NCBI GenBank assembly: GCA_001949185.1
Contig: BDGG01000002.1
Span: forward strand, 8,298,448 to 8,362,447
Source: Ramazzottius varieornatus
Taxonomy: Eukaryota > Animalia > Tardigrada
Direction: 5' to 3'
Length of the DNA stretch: 64,000 bases
The notes beneath the pieces are model-generated. The model had not been told where the DNA came from. It was given only the letters and a program-made list of their open reading frames with translations, and searched no databases. Every line of letters begins with the position of its first letter. Within the stretch, counting starts at the first letter, position 1. Positions 27,469-40,153 of the stretch are shown here, piece after piece. The position numbers and the translations under genes were made by a program.

Positions 27469-28500
27469 GAAGAGAACGTTATCGCAGCTTTCTCAGTGGG
27501 CGCTCTGTCGTATATCAAGTAACTTTACTCCCCAGTCGATGGCTGGGCTTGAGGCACCATCATTCCACTTTGACGTCAGCGCCAGGCTATTGTGCTGGAT
27601 TGATCTGAGCATGTTGTGATCAGCTTTTGCAGTGACGTCGTCAGTAGTGGTCGTTGTTCAACGGCTTAATGTCGAATTACGAGCTAGACTTTTGATATGT
27701 TGCAGACCGTCCTTTTCGTCAGTTACTCGATCAAAGGCTTTGTCCGCCATCTTTAACGGTGCGGGAGCTCACTGCGGGCCACCCATCAGCAGTAATGATA
27801 ACTTCATGGTACATGTTGCAACGGAAACCAGTGATAAGATTCGCGGTTCGCACGATCTATTGTTTACTTGGCCTGGTGACTGAGCACTCACTGTCGTGTC
27901 CAGATCGCTGCGTCGCCTTTCTTCACGTTCTCGAGGGATGACATGTAGGGTTTTGTATTCCAGGACAAAGTCCTCCAAGCACCAAAGTTCTGGCCTAAAT
28001 TTTTTCGAGTCTGAAAGTTGTTTCTGCCTCCAGCGTTTCCGGTATCTTATTTCCTCAGCTGAGTTGCTCTCGACCGACTGCAAATTCCAAGTCTGGATTA
28101 CTTCCGTCTTCGATAATTTTCTGTTGCCTCGTAATGTCCGTCTCTTGATCGGATTGTAGTAGAAGATACAGTGCGGCCCGGGGAGACGCACGGTGGTCGG
28201 GTAGAGCTCCAGACTCTAGTTCGTTCCGCCACGCCACCTGGCGGGAGCTCTCGGACTATAGTAGAATATGGGCGTCGATTGATTGTCCAGAAGCCTTCGG
28301 TTGATTGGATGGACTTGTGAAGACGAAAACGTTTTTATAACTTTTGTTTTGAACCTTTGATGACGAGAAGTTCGCTCGCATTCCTCCCTGTGTGTGTCTG
28401 ATGTGCTCTTTCTAGGATTCAGTTCGAGCCATAAGGTTGATGTTGATGCCGTTGGTGCGTTTTGCCAAAAAACCAAAGAAAAGGTCGGCAGCTCGAAAGA

Positions 28501-30619
28501 ATGCAGGCGCCACGGGACGTTCTGCTCTTCGCGGGCACATCGCATCCCGAGCTAGCTCAGCTTCTTGCACGGTACAGTAACAAGATCCTTACAGCTTTCG
28601 TATCGCCCGTTTGCTCCTAAGGAAGGCATGAAATAGCTCTTGTTTTATCCGTAGACGTCTTGGCACAACCCTCGCTCCATGTACGGTCTACAGCAAGTCA
28701 AACCGAGGTAGGTGAGCAGATTTATCCTGTTAGCAGGCTTTCGGATGAAATCGCGCAAGACGTAAGGAGTTAACATGCTGTGTGTAGTCTGTTCTGTGAC
28801 GCCATGCGCGAACCTACCAGAAAAAGGCTGGATTTCGTTGAATTTGCCAGTTTCGGAATCTGCATCGGTCCATTGTGCACTTGTCCTTTCAGAAACCGTG
28901 GCAGACATCGGAGCATCTGTACGGCAACGAGATGTCTACATTCTGCAGACAGGCTCGAAGTAAGGCATTAGTGGAACAGTCAATGAACACCTGGTTTCGC
29001 TTCCTTCTTACTCGATGGTCCGTTGAGCTGTCTTTTCTGCCTGCAGGGACGTAAACAATTCCATCATGGAAATGATGATATTGGCTTACGCCTGCAAGAC
29101 CTCTTCCGCAAGGAACATCGTCGGGGTAATACCATATCTGCCCTACTCGAAGCACAGCAAGATGCGGAAGCGAGGCTGCATCGTGTCGAAATTACTTGCC
29201 AAAATGATGTGTACCGCTGGTGAGAACTGCTTGAGCCCTTTCAAACGACAATGTTGGTCATTCGGCTCTTTGAAACGTGACCGTGGTGAAGAAAGTGTTT
29301 TGTTTCAGGTTTCACTCACATACTGACGATAGATCTGCACTCCAAGGAGATTCAGGGCTTTTTCGACGTACCGGTGGACAACTTACGCGCCTCGCCTTTC
29401 CTCCTTGACTACATCCGCAAAGACGTAAGCAAGTAAAACCATCGAGCAAAGATAACAGCTCGGAAATAAACTTGACAAGGTTGTTCTTCCAAGGAACGCA
29501 CGTCATCAATCTTACAAACTCAAAGCGTGCGCCACTTGGAAAGATTATCTTGTCAAGTTTGCCTGTTTCCCCAAGTGGTGGACGTTTACGGCGCCACAAG
29601 CTGGACGCGTGCGCCGTCTGGAAGAACGATCTTGACGAGTTTGTGTTTCCGTAATATCAGAAAAACAAGGGTGTATTGCTCTTCAATAAATGGTGCTATT
29701 TTCCTACAGATTCCAGACTACAGGAATGCGGTGATTGTAGCCAAGGATCCCGGTTCGGCCAAGAAAGCCACTTCCTTCGCCGAGCGCCTTCACCTGGGTA
29801 TTGCCGTCATCCACGGCACTGCCAAGGACGACGATGGTCAGCACGACGGTGAGAGCTCCCCTCCACTCTCTCCCTCTGCCAGCATACCTGGTCGCATGGA
29901 CAAGATTGCCAGCACCGGCCTCGACATTATGCCCGGTATGCATCGATGTTTCCCTTCCCTTCTTTACCTTGCGATGTTACAATGATGCCTTTTCCCGCAG
30001 TGGCCACGGCAAAGGAGAAGCCACCAATGAGCGTTGTAGGCGATGTCGGGGGAAGGATCGCCATCATTGTCAACGACATCATAGATGAAGTCTCTACTTT
30101 TATCGCTGCAGCGGAAGTCCTGAAAGCTAGAGGAGCTTACAAGGTCTTTGTCATGGCAACCCACGGTGTCTTATCACAAGATGCGCCGCAGCTCATCGAA
30201 GATTCGGAGATTGACGAGGTAAATATTAGAACATGTGGAGACAGGGTGAACAAACTCGATAAGACTGGATTTCCTAATGGCGCACTTCCGTAGTGTTCTT
30301 TGACTGAAGCGTGCGCCGCTTGGTAGAAGGAAATGGGCATTATCCCAAGTGGCGTACATTCCCATTGTCACCAGCTGGCATTGAGCGCCACTTGGAAGAA
30401 CAGTCTTGTATTGTTCGCGAGGGTTGCTTCTGTAGAGTCATTCGCAGCTATTTTTGTTCGCAGGTTATTGTCACAAATTCAGTTCCTCACGACGTCCAAA
30501 AGATGCAGTGTCATAAGATCAAGACGGTGGACATCAGCGTGCTGCTTTGCGAAGCCATTCGTCGTATTCACTACAATGAGTCCATGAGTTTTCTCTTTCG
30601 TGACGCTCCTGCTGAATGA
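28501..30619 (+). CDS. PRPSAP: PRPP synthetase-associated protein (PRPSAP1/2-like), multi-exon
   Basis: [52 protein letters not shown], an insertion with SPP, and [27 protein letters not shown]...[16 protein letters not shown]. Lacks the DTxGT R5P-binding loop of catalytic PRPS. Confidence 0.93.
29490..29620. repeat. Intronic palindromic cluster 7 (2 units) in PRPSAP
   Basis: CAAGGAACGCAC-N25-GTGCGCCACTTG-N33-CAAGTGGTGGAC-N25-GTGCGCCGTCTG. Confidence 0.85.
30274..30394. repeat. Intronic palindromic cluster 8 (2 units) in PRPSAP
   Basis: CTAATGGCGCAC-N25-GTGCGCCGCTTG-N23-CAAGTGGCGTAC-N25-GAGCGCCACTTG. Confidence 0.88.
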
Positions 30620-30913
30620 TTGTACCAACATCATACTTCTGTTGCTTCAAAGGCAAATTTGATCGTCGCGTATTCTCTCCTTTGAAAATCTTATACTTCT
30701 CCCCTTTGATGTTAAATCTTTTGGTTTGATTCCTGTCTTAAACTTTACAGTACTGCCCAATGGCGGCACAATGTTCCAAAGTATTCACTATCTACCTTAT
30801 GTCTAGTTTAGCAATCCAAAGCGCGGAACAATATTAAATCTTCCAGCCAATTTAGGAAGGTCCATTTGAAACCACTATAACAGATTCGAACAGTTTTCTA
30901 GCCGTTGTATATG

Positions 30914-32562
30914 TCAGTGGTCTACTTCCCCCTTTTCTCCCGCGACCTGCCAAAGAAACAGGAAAACATGAGGGAGGAGAATGTTGGTGTCTGCTTCCAA
31001 GAAAAACTCAAAACTCACCCTTTTGAAGTCTCCCATGTTGGTGGCAGAAATGGGTACGCCAATGATGGACAGTTGATCTATGCGGGTCGTTTCGGCGTCA
31101 CTCTGATTATTCTTCACAAAAATCTGTAAAGGAACTCGCCACCTATTTTGGCACTTCTTGGCAGGTCAACAACCACAATGAGACAGGGACAATATTAGTT
31201 AGCTCACCTGCATATTCTGGACGTTTTGAAACTTGACAAATTTCACCGGCACCGCACGCTCCCCGCTGAGGTCTTTCGGCGTTAACCTGGGTACGTATAC
31301 ATGACCGTTGCATCAACCTGGCAGACCCTTCATTAAGTGCACTGTTTCGAGGGACCTACGTCAGTTCCTGTACGGCTTCCATTCCAGCAGCTTGATCGAA
31401 ATCCAGTGTCCGTGGTAGGTTAATAAAGAGCCTGATCAACTTCGGACCATTCTCCGTTGTACATCTCATCTTGAGTGAGTGCAACTTTATCGGCTGGTTG
31501 AAGGCCAAGTTCAGCAAAAGCTATAAAATATGTCTGCGACTTGAAGCGGACTCCGGATAAAAAATCTGGAAGGCCAGCAGACGAAACGTACAAGCGTGTC
31601 CCTTCAAGTGGCGCTCGTTTCTGGCCACTGAAAATAGGAACGTGCGCCACTTGGGAACTCGAAAAGATCGCCTCTCCAAGTGGCGCAAGCTGCCAGTCAA
31701 CATCAACGAAGACTTGCGCCACCAGAGACAACAATATCGTGCGTTTCGTTTGTCTGCCTCCGATCAGTGAGAAAACATTACCTGTTCATCACAGTCGGAT
31801 TCAAGGTAGCCAGTGTCCTGGAACAAGTTCTGAAAAGTATGGTCATCCGCTTCGTTCAGGCATTCGCTCTTGGACTTATCCACGGCTGTCGTCAAGTCAA
31901 ACTGAACAGAGACACAAAAATGATGCAGTTGCGCTGCGGACTCTTCGATGGAAAGTCTGACTTTATACCATGCCGTCTTTGCCTTCAGCAGCGCCCTCCA
32001 TTCCTCCCACGTGCTGCTTTAGCGTGGCTTCAATCTGCTGAGGGTCCGCGCCTTGAACCTGCCCGACAGTCTGGCCGTTCTTGAGAAAGATGAACGTAGG
32101 CATGGCCCGAATCCCAAATCTGGCTGCAGTTTCCTGAAGAAAAAGAGCTGTGTAGGAATTAATTTCGATTTTATTAGCTCGTCTCAACAGAAGCCTCAGA
32201 GCCACGTGACACTCCCCCAAGCCTTACAATGCAAAATGTCACGTGGCCAGTCAACTTTATCTGGCACAATAAAAACATAGCTTTCTGAAGATACGCACCG
32301 TCATCTCTTCAACATTGATCTTGACGAAGACAGCACTGGCGGCATAGCGGTTACTCAACTGTTCAAATTGAGGAGCGATAGTCCGACATGGTCCGCACCT
32401 AACGAGAAACGGTTTGGCATCATACTGCGAGAGAAGGATGGGAAAAACTTGGAAGCGATAAGCGCACCATGTAGCAAAGAAGTCGGCTACCACCAGTTTG
32501 CCCGCCGCTTGAGCCACCTCCTGTTCCAGCTGGCCATCGGCAGTCAGATTTTTCACTGGCAT
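30914..32562 (-). CDS. TXNL1: Thioredoxin-like protein 1 (Trx + PITH domain; proteasome-associated), multi-exon
   Basis: VVADFFATW|CGPCRTIAP and GIRAMPTFIFLKNG. PITH C-terminus NNQSDAETTRIDQLSIIGVPISATNMGDFKR|VAGEKGE. Confidence 0.92.
31605..31725. repeat. Intronic palindromic cluster 9 (2 units) in TXNL1
   Basis: CAAGTGGCGCTC-N25-GTGCGCCACTTG-N23-CAAGTGGCGCAA-N25-TTGCGCCACCAG. Confidence 0.9.
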
Positions 32563-33221
32563 TTCGCTGATTACGAAAGTATTCTTTGAAAAGGCGTCAA
32601 TTGAGAGAGTTCGGAGATCGCAGAGCTGAACTTCGGCCAGATTATTTTAATATCGAATACCCGCTGGAAAATTCGACTGCGTTGGTTGGTTTAACACTCG
32701 AAAGTTCACATCAACAATCAACCGTAGAGGTGCAGCAGCCAACCGACTATCATTGGGGGGGGGTGGTTTGAGGGGTTTGGGTGTGACATGTCCATGTTAT
32801 GTCATGTCATGTTGTTGTCGATGTAATATCTATCACAAGGTTCCTGGGGCAGTCACATGCAGCTCTGACATCTGAAGTTAGTGGCCTGATGGCAGGTCCG
32901 CTGACTCGACCGTCCCACCATGGGTTCTGAAGCATTATCCCATCATGCGAAGAATCTTCCTGAAAGACCTCATACGAAGCGGGGTGAAAAGCACTTTAAC
33001 CGACTACCGAGGGTAACATAAGCAGTTCGATACGATGGCATCACAGACGAAGCGCAAGTATCGACCTGAGCATGATCAACCGTCGCCCAAAGTTTCCTCA
33101 TCAAGATATCAAAAAAGAGCAAACTGTAACACAAAACAGTAGGAAGTTCGATTACATTTGGGCACCGTAGACCCAATTTTCTAGGACTGGGAGGTTCTGC
33201 GATTGTTCCTGTCGATCTTCC

Positions 33222-33835
33222 TTAATATGGAGCAATTGCGTGAAGGGCTCGGGCCTGCGGTTCCGCATTCCCGCTAGACTCCTTGACGTCCGCTTGGCCT
33301 TCGACCGATCGTCTCTTCCTTCTGACCACTTCTTTTTTCGGGGTGATTGTTGCTTCCGACGGCAGAAGAGTAGTTTTGTCAGAAACTGCTGTGGTCGCCT
33401 CAGTGGGTTTCACGGTAGGTGGCGTCGTGGTCGGGTTTGTCTGAACGGTAGTCAGGTTGCTGTCCCCTGGAGTCACCGTCGATAGAGGAAGATCGTGCGT
33501 TGTGACCGGAAGTAGTGTAGTTACAGGCGTAGTATAAAGGGCTGTGATATGACGGTCTTCTAACAAGGAAGAAATTGCTTATAGATGAGTGAGGAAACCA
33601 TAAAGCAAGCGATCTTACTGGAGGAAACTTCCGAGGCATATAAGGCGATGAAAGTTACGCTAATGATAGTCATAACCACTGCGATAGCCGAACAAATTTT
33701 GCACCATGCCCGACTTCTCTCCCTGAGGAAAAAATAATACGACTCAGGTGCAGTTGGCCGAAAAATTTTAACGAAGAACGTCTGCAACATACTCTTCATC
33801 GCCCTGGAGGAGACCTCTCCGGGAGGAATATTCAT
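33222..33835 (-). CDS. Small type II membrane protein with Thr-rich stalk; exons 33619-33835, 33222-33559
   Basis: TM segment ICSAIAVVMTIISVTFIALYA. A 59-nt GTAAGA...TTAG intron joins the frames in phase 1. Thr/Pro-rich ectodomain with RRKRR. Confidence 0.6.
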
Positions 33836-34339
33836 AACGCAACGTCATCTCGACTGAAAACCTTCGAGACAACGTATCAATAGAAGGATAACAATCCAGA
33901 CGTAGAAAATTTATCCACTGGGAAACTTCGACAACAGGACAGTTATACGATCAGGTTTCGAAGTTCGACGGCTGAAACGGAAATGACGAAAGAAACTTTC
34001 GCGAAGACGATAAGCAAACGGAACACACCGATACGGCAGATATCCCTTCTTTTTCTATTGTCTATTCTTATCCATAATCATGAATTGTGATTTCAAATTT
34101 CCACACCTGCTCGAAGCACACCAATACTCTGGCAACACTTGTAACCTCAAAGTACATTCTAAACTGACAATATCCGCTTCGCCAGTAGACAATACAGAGA
34201 ACGTCCGATAAAGAAAAGTATAGTACACAAATAATACTGCAGAGAGCGATAAGGGAAGGTCCAAACTACGACAGAAAAGAAGAACTCAGTCTGAAGAACC
34301 GAAAGAAATAAAGAGCAAGAAGTTGAAAGAAAAGATTGG

Positions 34340-37300
34340 CTATATCTTAGTACGCTTGCCGCCGTTGCGGCCACGAGCAGGTCGTTTCTCGGCAGTGCCG
34401 GCGGGCGACGGGTTCTCTTCGGCACCTGGAGTGTCGCCAGGGGTGACCAGCGTTACCGTCTGGATCTTTTGCGTTGGAGCATAACCTACAACAAGATGTT
34501 CAACATCTTCCTGAAGTGAACTTTTGTGTTTCATGGTTTACCCAAGAGCTGTGTATGCACTTCCGCGTTGTCCACTTTGGTCAGTTCCTTCAGTTCCTCC
34601 AGTATTTCTCGCAAAGCCTGAAAAGAAAAGAAGCCATACGTTCCGACATGAATTGGAATAGAAATGAACAGTTATCCGACCTTGAGAATGGTGTCAGCCA
34701 GGGCGAGCGCAGTATCGCTATTTCCGTTGCCTTTACCGACATTCTTGACCGTCTTGTAGTTCTGAATGGAGAAGATGACGTTCTTCGGTATGCCCAGGTT
34801 CAGCGCCGTGAAAACCTGGGTTTTTACCACTAGCAGAATCTGCAGAAACTGATCACGAATTTCCCCCGCATCCCTTTTCTGCAGAAACACAAACCACAAA
34901 AAATTACGAAAGAGGAGTTTCAAAAAATATACTCCATTTATAAACTGCGGAGTTACCTTGAACTAGAGAATGAGATGACTTACATAGTGGATACGGTGAA
35001 CGTACAGCATGCTGAGAAACATCAGATGTGCTCGGTAAAACTTGTCATTGACGGCAAACTCCGTCTTGGGATTGCGGCTAAAACGGTTCGGCAAACATTT
35101 CTACAGAAACAAAAGAAGCGCATAAATCAACACCTCAAGTTCAAAGACACGATCGGCAACTTTCTACCCACCAGAAAGAGTTCGGTGGCCGACTTGGCGA
35201 GGTTGAGAATGTCCTCTTCCTGGTCGTCAAAGGTGCCAGAAATGTCCGGGTCGGACATGAGCATGGTCAGGTACAGCAGGCCCAAGTGAGCCTTGCTACC
35301 CTCGTTGTCATCTTCCCCTTGTCCGGTTGACTTTGGCTTTTTCTACCAATCAAAAGATGTTAGCGATTTCGAGTTAATCACATTCTGTACTGTTTTTCTC
35401 TTTGTTTTTGCGTTTGCAAGCTCGGCAAACAAACTTGTTCAGATCGATCCTGTAAGCGGCGCACACTTCCAGCCAAAATCTCCGCAAACTTGCGCCACTT
35501 GGAAAAGCGATCTGGTCGAGTTTCCCAGCTGGCGCATGTTTACGGTGTTATAGGCCGAAAGCGTGCGCCGCTTGGCAAAACAGTCTAGTCGACTTTGTTT
35601 GCCCGAGCTGAGAACTCCCATTTTCGCGACTGTTTTTCCATTTCTGTAATTGGTTTTAATCTCATCATGTTTCTGTTTTCTTACGGAAGTTCGGATGGAG
35701 GAAGTGAGCCATTGGCGGGTCAGCTCGATGAGGGCCTCCTGCTTGTTCCAGTTGCTGATGAAGACGACGAGGGTGATGCCGTCTCGGACGTGGTCGTCGC
35801 CGGTGTTCTCCAGCTGTTGCAAGCACCATTTGTAGTAGCTGGTGTGCCGTTCGATCTCGTCGACCGGTAAGCGACAGGCCAGACGGTACAGGTTGATCTC
35901 CTTCAGGCTGTCCGTCAGCTTCTCCGTTTGCCTTAGCAACATCAGTGTTCGCTTTTGCAGTTTATGGTTCCTTTCCACATCCTAACACCAAGACAACCAA
36001 ACTAAATGGCTCCACACAGAAAGAAGGTCGTACTCAGGGAGTTAACGTCAATTTACTTCCGCCCTTTTCCTACGAAAACACCTGCCAAGGGCGTGCCCAC
36101 ATAAATGTGACAGACAATCTCGTAGACAAAAGGCGGAATCAATGTGGCTTCAAGGCCGTGCCCGGCACAAATCTGACCGGTTATTTCCGTAGAAAACAAG
36201 TAGAACTGACTGATCAGAGTCTAAAACGACTGCCCATAATTCGCGAAGTACTCGTACCTGTGTTAGGAGAAGGGAGGTTGAAGTCCAAATCGTCCCGGCC
36301 ATCTCGATGGCGTTGTTCATTTGGCCAATTCGCTTCATTGACAGGATCTGTGAGGCTTCGTCCTCGACACGCTTGTTGTGGTTCATGACAGCTTTGTAGA
36401 TTTGACCTAGTAAGGTCTCCAGCACCAGATCTGCAACAAAAGCCCCAAATCCTCAAACTACGGAGTGTGATGATGTCGTATTGTGAAGAAGACGGTACTT
36501 ACGGACAGCTTCGGCTGTTTTGGTCTTGGGGATAGTCTGGAAGCACTTGACAGCGACGGCCGGTTCCTCTTTCCACAGCTTGAGGGCGTTACTGATGAAC
36601 CAGGGCAGGTCGTCGAGGTTCCAGATGGAAATGTCCATGATCTGGCCGATGGCCAGGGTGTAGGGTCGATCGCGCTCGATGAAGTGCGCCAGTAGTTGGG
36701 GAGTGTCCAAAAGGTCTTTGCCGGCCTGCCCGGCATTCAGACCCAGCTGGACGGCCTTCAGCAGACACTGGTAGTACTCGTTGCGAACCTTCTCGTCCTC
36801 ATCGGTGGCCACAACCTAGAACAATAAATTTAAGCCGCTAAAGTACCATGGAGAGCCATGCACTACCTTCAAGCCAGACTTCTCGTATACCTGCACACGA
36901 GAGTACCCTCAACTGTGTGTATATTTTTGTATGCAGGTTCCTGTCGTCACATCGCGTAGATGGCGCTTCGATCAACTTCGCGTTTTCTGTTCCCATTTGC
37001 TTAGAGTTATGGTCGCTTAAGTTGCCTGCTCACCTTCATAGCTATCAGGAAAGGAATGAGTGAGGTACGACTCAGCGCTTGTTTATCCAAAACCTGGTGG
37101 ATGGCTTTAACGGCGGCCAGACGGACAGCAACGGAAGCCATGTCACAGCACAGCCTGCCAGCCAGCTGTTTCAACGCCTCGGACCGTTCCGTCAGCTTGA
37201 TCATGGTCCAGGCGCGAACAAGCGCGCTGCCTAGCGCTGTACAAGCCGTCGCTCGAAAGTCCGGGCAGGTGTGAGCTAGGTTCAACAGCAGTATGTCCAC

Positions 37301-39530
37301 CTGCGAAGAATACAGCGAAGTGTGCACATTGTGAACCTTTTTCGTTGTGAGAACCTCTATTTGAATGCTCGGCAAACTCAACAAAATTGTTTTCTCAAGC
37401 AGCGCAAGCTTGCGCCACTTGGGAAACAGACCTGGTAGAGTTTTTAAAGTGGCGCACGCTCTCGGTAATATTGGCTGAAGGCATGCGCCACTGGAAAAAC
37501 CATCTGGCCGAGTTCTGCCCGTTAGCTCCCACCTGGTCTTTGACGTGGCCAGCCACTTCCGACTTGGGAGTGTCCGGCGAGATAAGCGGGAAGCATTTGC
37601 CCAGCATCAGAAGAGCGTTGCTCCTGGCCAGGACGCTGGGCGACTTGACGGACTCAAGGACCATCAGGTCGAAGTTTGAGTGGAACATGCGACGCGCTGC
37701 TGTCTCAGTGCAGTTGTACATGTGCGTTACCATCTATAAAGGTAGATATAAACATTGATTGACAATAAGCAATACCATTCATTCTAAGAGAGGACAGGAT
37801 GTTACGATACCAAGGAGAATTTGCTCTGCAGTTTGTGCGGCGGCTTATTATCGACGCGCAGGCATCTGGTCATCAAGTCGGAAATGACCAAGGCTTCGAG
37901 ATCGAAACGATGCGGGTGTCCCGTCTTGTTTAGTATTGTCCAGGCCTTGATGATTATCTGTACACAAATCAAACATCGTGACACAAACAATTGGGATGGC
38001 GGCAAACGAAACGTATGGGTTGTCCCCCAAGTGGCTCACGTGTACACTGTAACTGCCTGGAAGAGTGCGCCACTTAAGGACCGATCTCAAGTGGCGGACG
38101 CGCTCAGCCAATTACAGTGAAAACGTGCGCCACTTAAAAACAGTCTCGCACGTTTTGTTTGCCGGCCCTCCAACTATCGACCTCGATAGCGGAATGCCAC
38201 TGAAATTACATCGGCGAGGGGATCTAGTATCTTGGTCTTGTTGGAATCCGTCATGACTTCATCGATGGCAATGAGCGCCACTTTCATGAAGTCACGGTTG
38301 ACAGTCAGCAATGTTGTCAGGAAACTTCGACCCTGCAAACACCGAAACAGATCATCAAAAACGACTGATTGGGATGGCTTCATCGGTCTTACTTTGGGAA
38401 CGTTGAGGACGTCAGCACGTGTGAAAAGATCTCGAACCCCGTCGCACAGATAGTCGACCTTCTCCAGTTCCAGCAACGCAGGTTGTTGTGGCGCTTCCTC
38501 ACTCCTCGATCTTTCCTCTTCCTCGTCGCCATCCCCCGAACCATCCTCCAGGTCGCGAAAGAGCCCACCAAAGCCCAGCTGCGACACGTCTGACGCACTT
38601 CTCAACGGCTGCCGGAAAAGGAGAAAGTAATCGGACCACGAGTTCAGGCGCGTCAACATCGCTACCTGCAACAGAATTATCTCACTGATTGGGTTTCCCG
38701 AGGTTATTTTTTCTTGTAATTTTGCTCACGGTCATTTTGGGCTTCGCTAGGAGATATACGACGCAGTTGGCCATGAGTTTGTATCCGTCGAGCCGCAGAT
38801 CCATGAACCACAGCTCACAGACATCTACAATGCAGTCCAGAAGCGTATTGACAGATGCATCGTATTTGTTATGCGGTTGGATGCGGAAAATGTTTCCTGC
38901 GAGAAAGAAGAAAAAGGTGTTGTTACATTCCCCGTTCAAGAGGCGCGCTTCATTGGCACTCCCAAGGCTACAATTCGCAACTTCACCAGACTCATGTTAA
39001 ACTTAATTCAAGCGGCGCACTTTGTTGGTCATCGTAAAGCACAAGTGCGCCACTTTAACCACACCAACACATCCATTAAATGTCTTACTCTGGAACGCTT
39101 CCAAACGTCTGAACACCGAGTCGGGAGGACGGATGAGCGTCTTGATGATGGGCTGATAAATCTTCAGGACGGCGATGAGGCGAGTTGTGGTCCGTTTTAA
39201 TGCGGAGCCAGTACCCCAGGAAGCTTGGTCGGCCATGAAGGAGAGCAAGTATCTCTCCAACCTGTCGCACAGATCACCAGCCACGTCCACCTTGTCCGAA
39301 TCCCAGAAAGCTTGATACTGTTCATACAAAGTTTCTTTCTTCGTCTATAATGCCAGATAACAACCAGATGAGCGAATACATGGAGTAGACGAAAAGTTGC
39401 TTACCATGTCAACGGTCCATGTCTCCAGCTCATCGTTGGATATCGATGCCTTCGGATCTTTTTCCAATTGCTGCAGCAGCATTATGGGATCTGCTAGCGC
39501 GACGGAGTTGTTCCTCGTAGCTTTCACCAT
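34340..39530 (-). CDS. NCAPG2: Condensin II HEAT subunit CAP-G2 (divergent), multi-exon
   Basis: Segment LESVKSPSVLARSNALLMLGKCFPLISPD...PDFRATACTALG...W...LAGRLCCDMASVAVRLAAVKAIHQVLD aligns by eye to the conserved CAP-G2 block (VRSNAALLFVEAFP...D..S.DVR). Also VATDEDEKVR. Many helical exons; boundaries approximate. Confidence 0.75.
35453..35574. repeat. Intronic palindromic cluster 10 (2 units) in CAP-G2
   Basis: TAAGCGGCGCAC-N25-TTGCGCCACTTG-N24-CAGCTGGCGCAT-N25-GTGCGCCGCTTG. Confidence 0.88.
37396..37494. repeat. Intronic palindromic cluster 11 (2 units, first collapsed) in CAP-G2
   Basis: CAAGCAGCGCAA-GC-TTGCGCCACTTG-N24-AAAGTGGCGCAC-N25-ATGCGCCACTGG. Confidence 0.85.
38028..38136. repeat. 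Intronic palindromic cluster 12 (2 units) in CAP-G2
   Basis: CAAGTGGCTCAC-N25-GTGCGCCACTTA-N11-CAAGTGGCGGAC-N25-GTGCGCCACTTA. Confidence 0.88.
38937..39056. repeat. Intronic palindromic cluster 13 (one degenerate + one clear unit) in CAP-G2
   Basis: CAAGAGGCGCGC at 38937, then 72 bp later CAAGCGGCGCAC-N24-GTGCGCCACTTT. Confidence 0.8.
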
Positions 39531-40153
39531 CTTTACACGAAGGGGAGAAGGGGAGAAGGGGATTTGCAGCGAGGATCCTGGAGGAGCACATCTCCTGGAG
39601 TGCGAATCAGCTGACTTGTTTGGGCTTTGTAACGTTAAACGTTTGTTTGGGATTTTTGGCGCAAAATACGAAAGCTTGAACAATCAACGCTGCGCAATCA
39701 ACCGTTTCCGAGCTGTTGACCCACCCCACGAGCCTATAGACTGAAAGTTGCATTCTGAATCAACAATCTATCGCTCTACGTTTGCTCTGTTCTGACGTCA
39801 GACACTTGTCTTGCGACCGTGGATCACATTATGCAGGAGACGTGGGTGATCGAATGCGCAACTTCTGAGTTAGCAGTTTTCCTCCTCGAAATTTTCCACT
39901 CGTGTAGAACTGCGGGAAGGTTCCTCCGTTGTCTCTTTTACGACCGACGTATGAACGTTCTCGGAAAGCAGCAGCTCCCACAGGTGCGCTTAGCTACACC
40001 ATTACGTCGGTGATGCGACTGATTGCTGTTTGTTTCAGGCTCAGCGTGGCGCACATGCATCAGCTGTCAGTATCGATCGAGACGAGATATGAAAGTGGAG
40101 ATTATCCATTCGTGCTCTTTCTACCACGGTGAAATCTTCTGGGAATATCGCAT

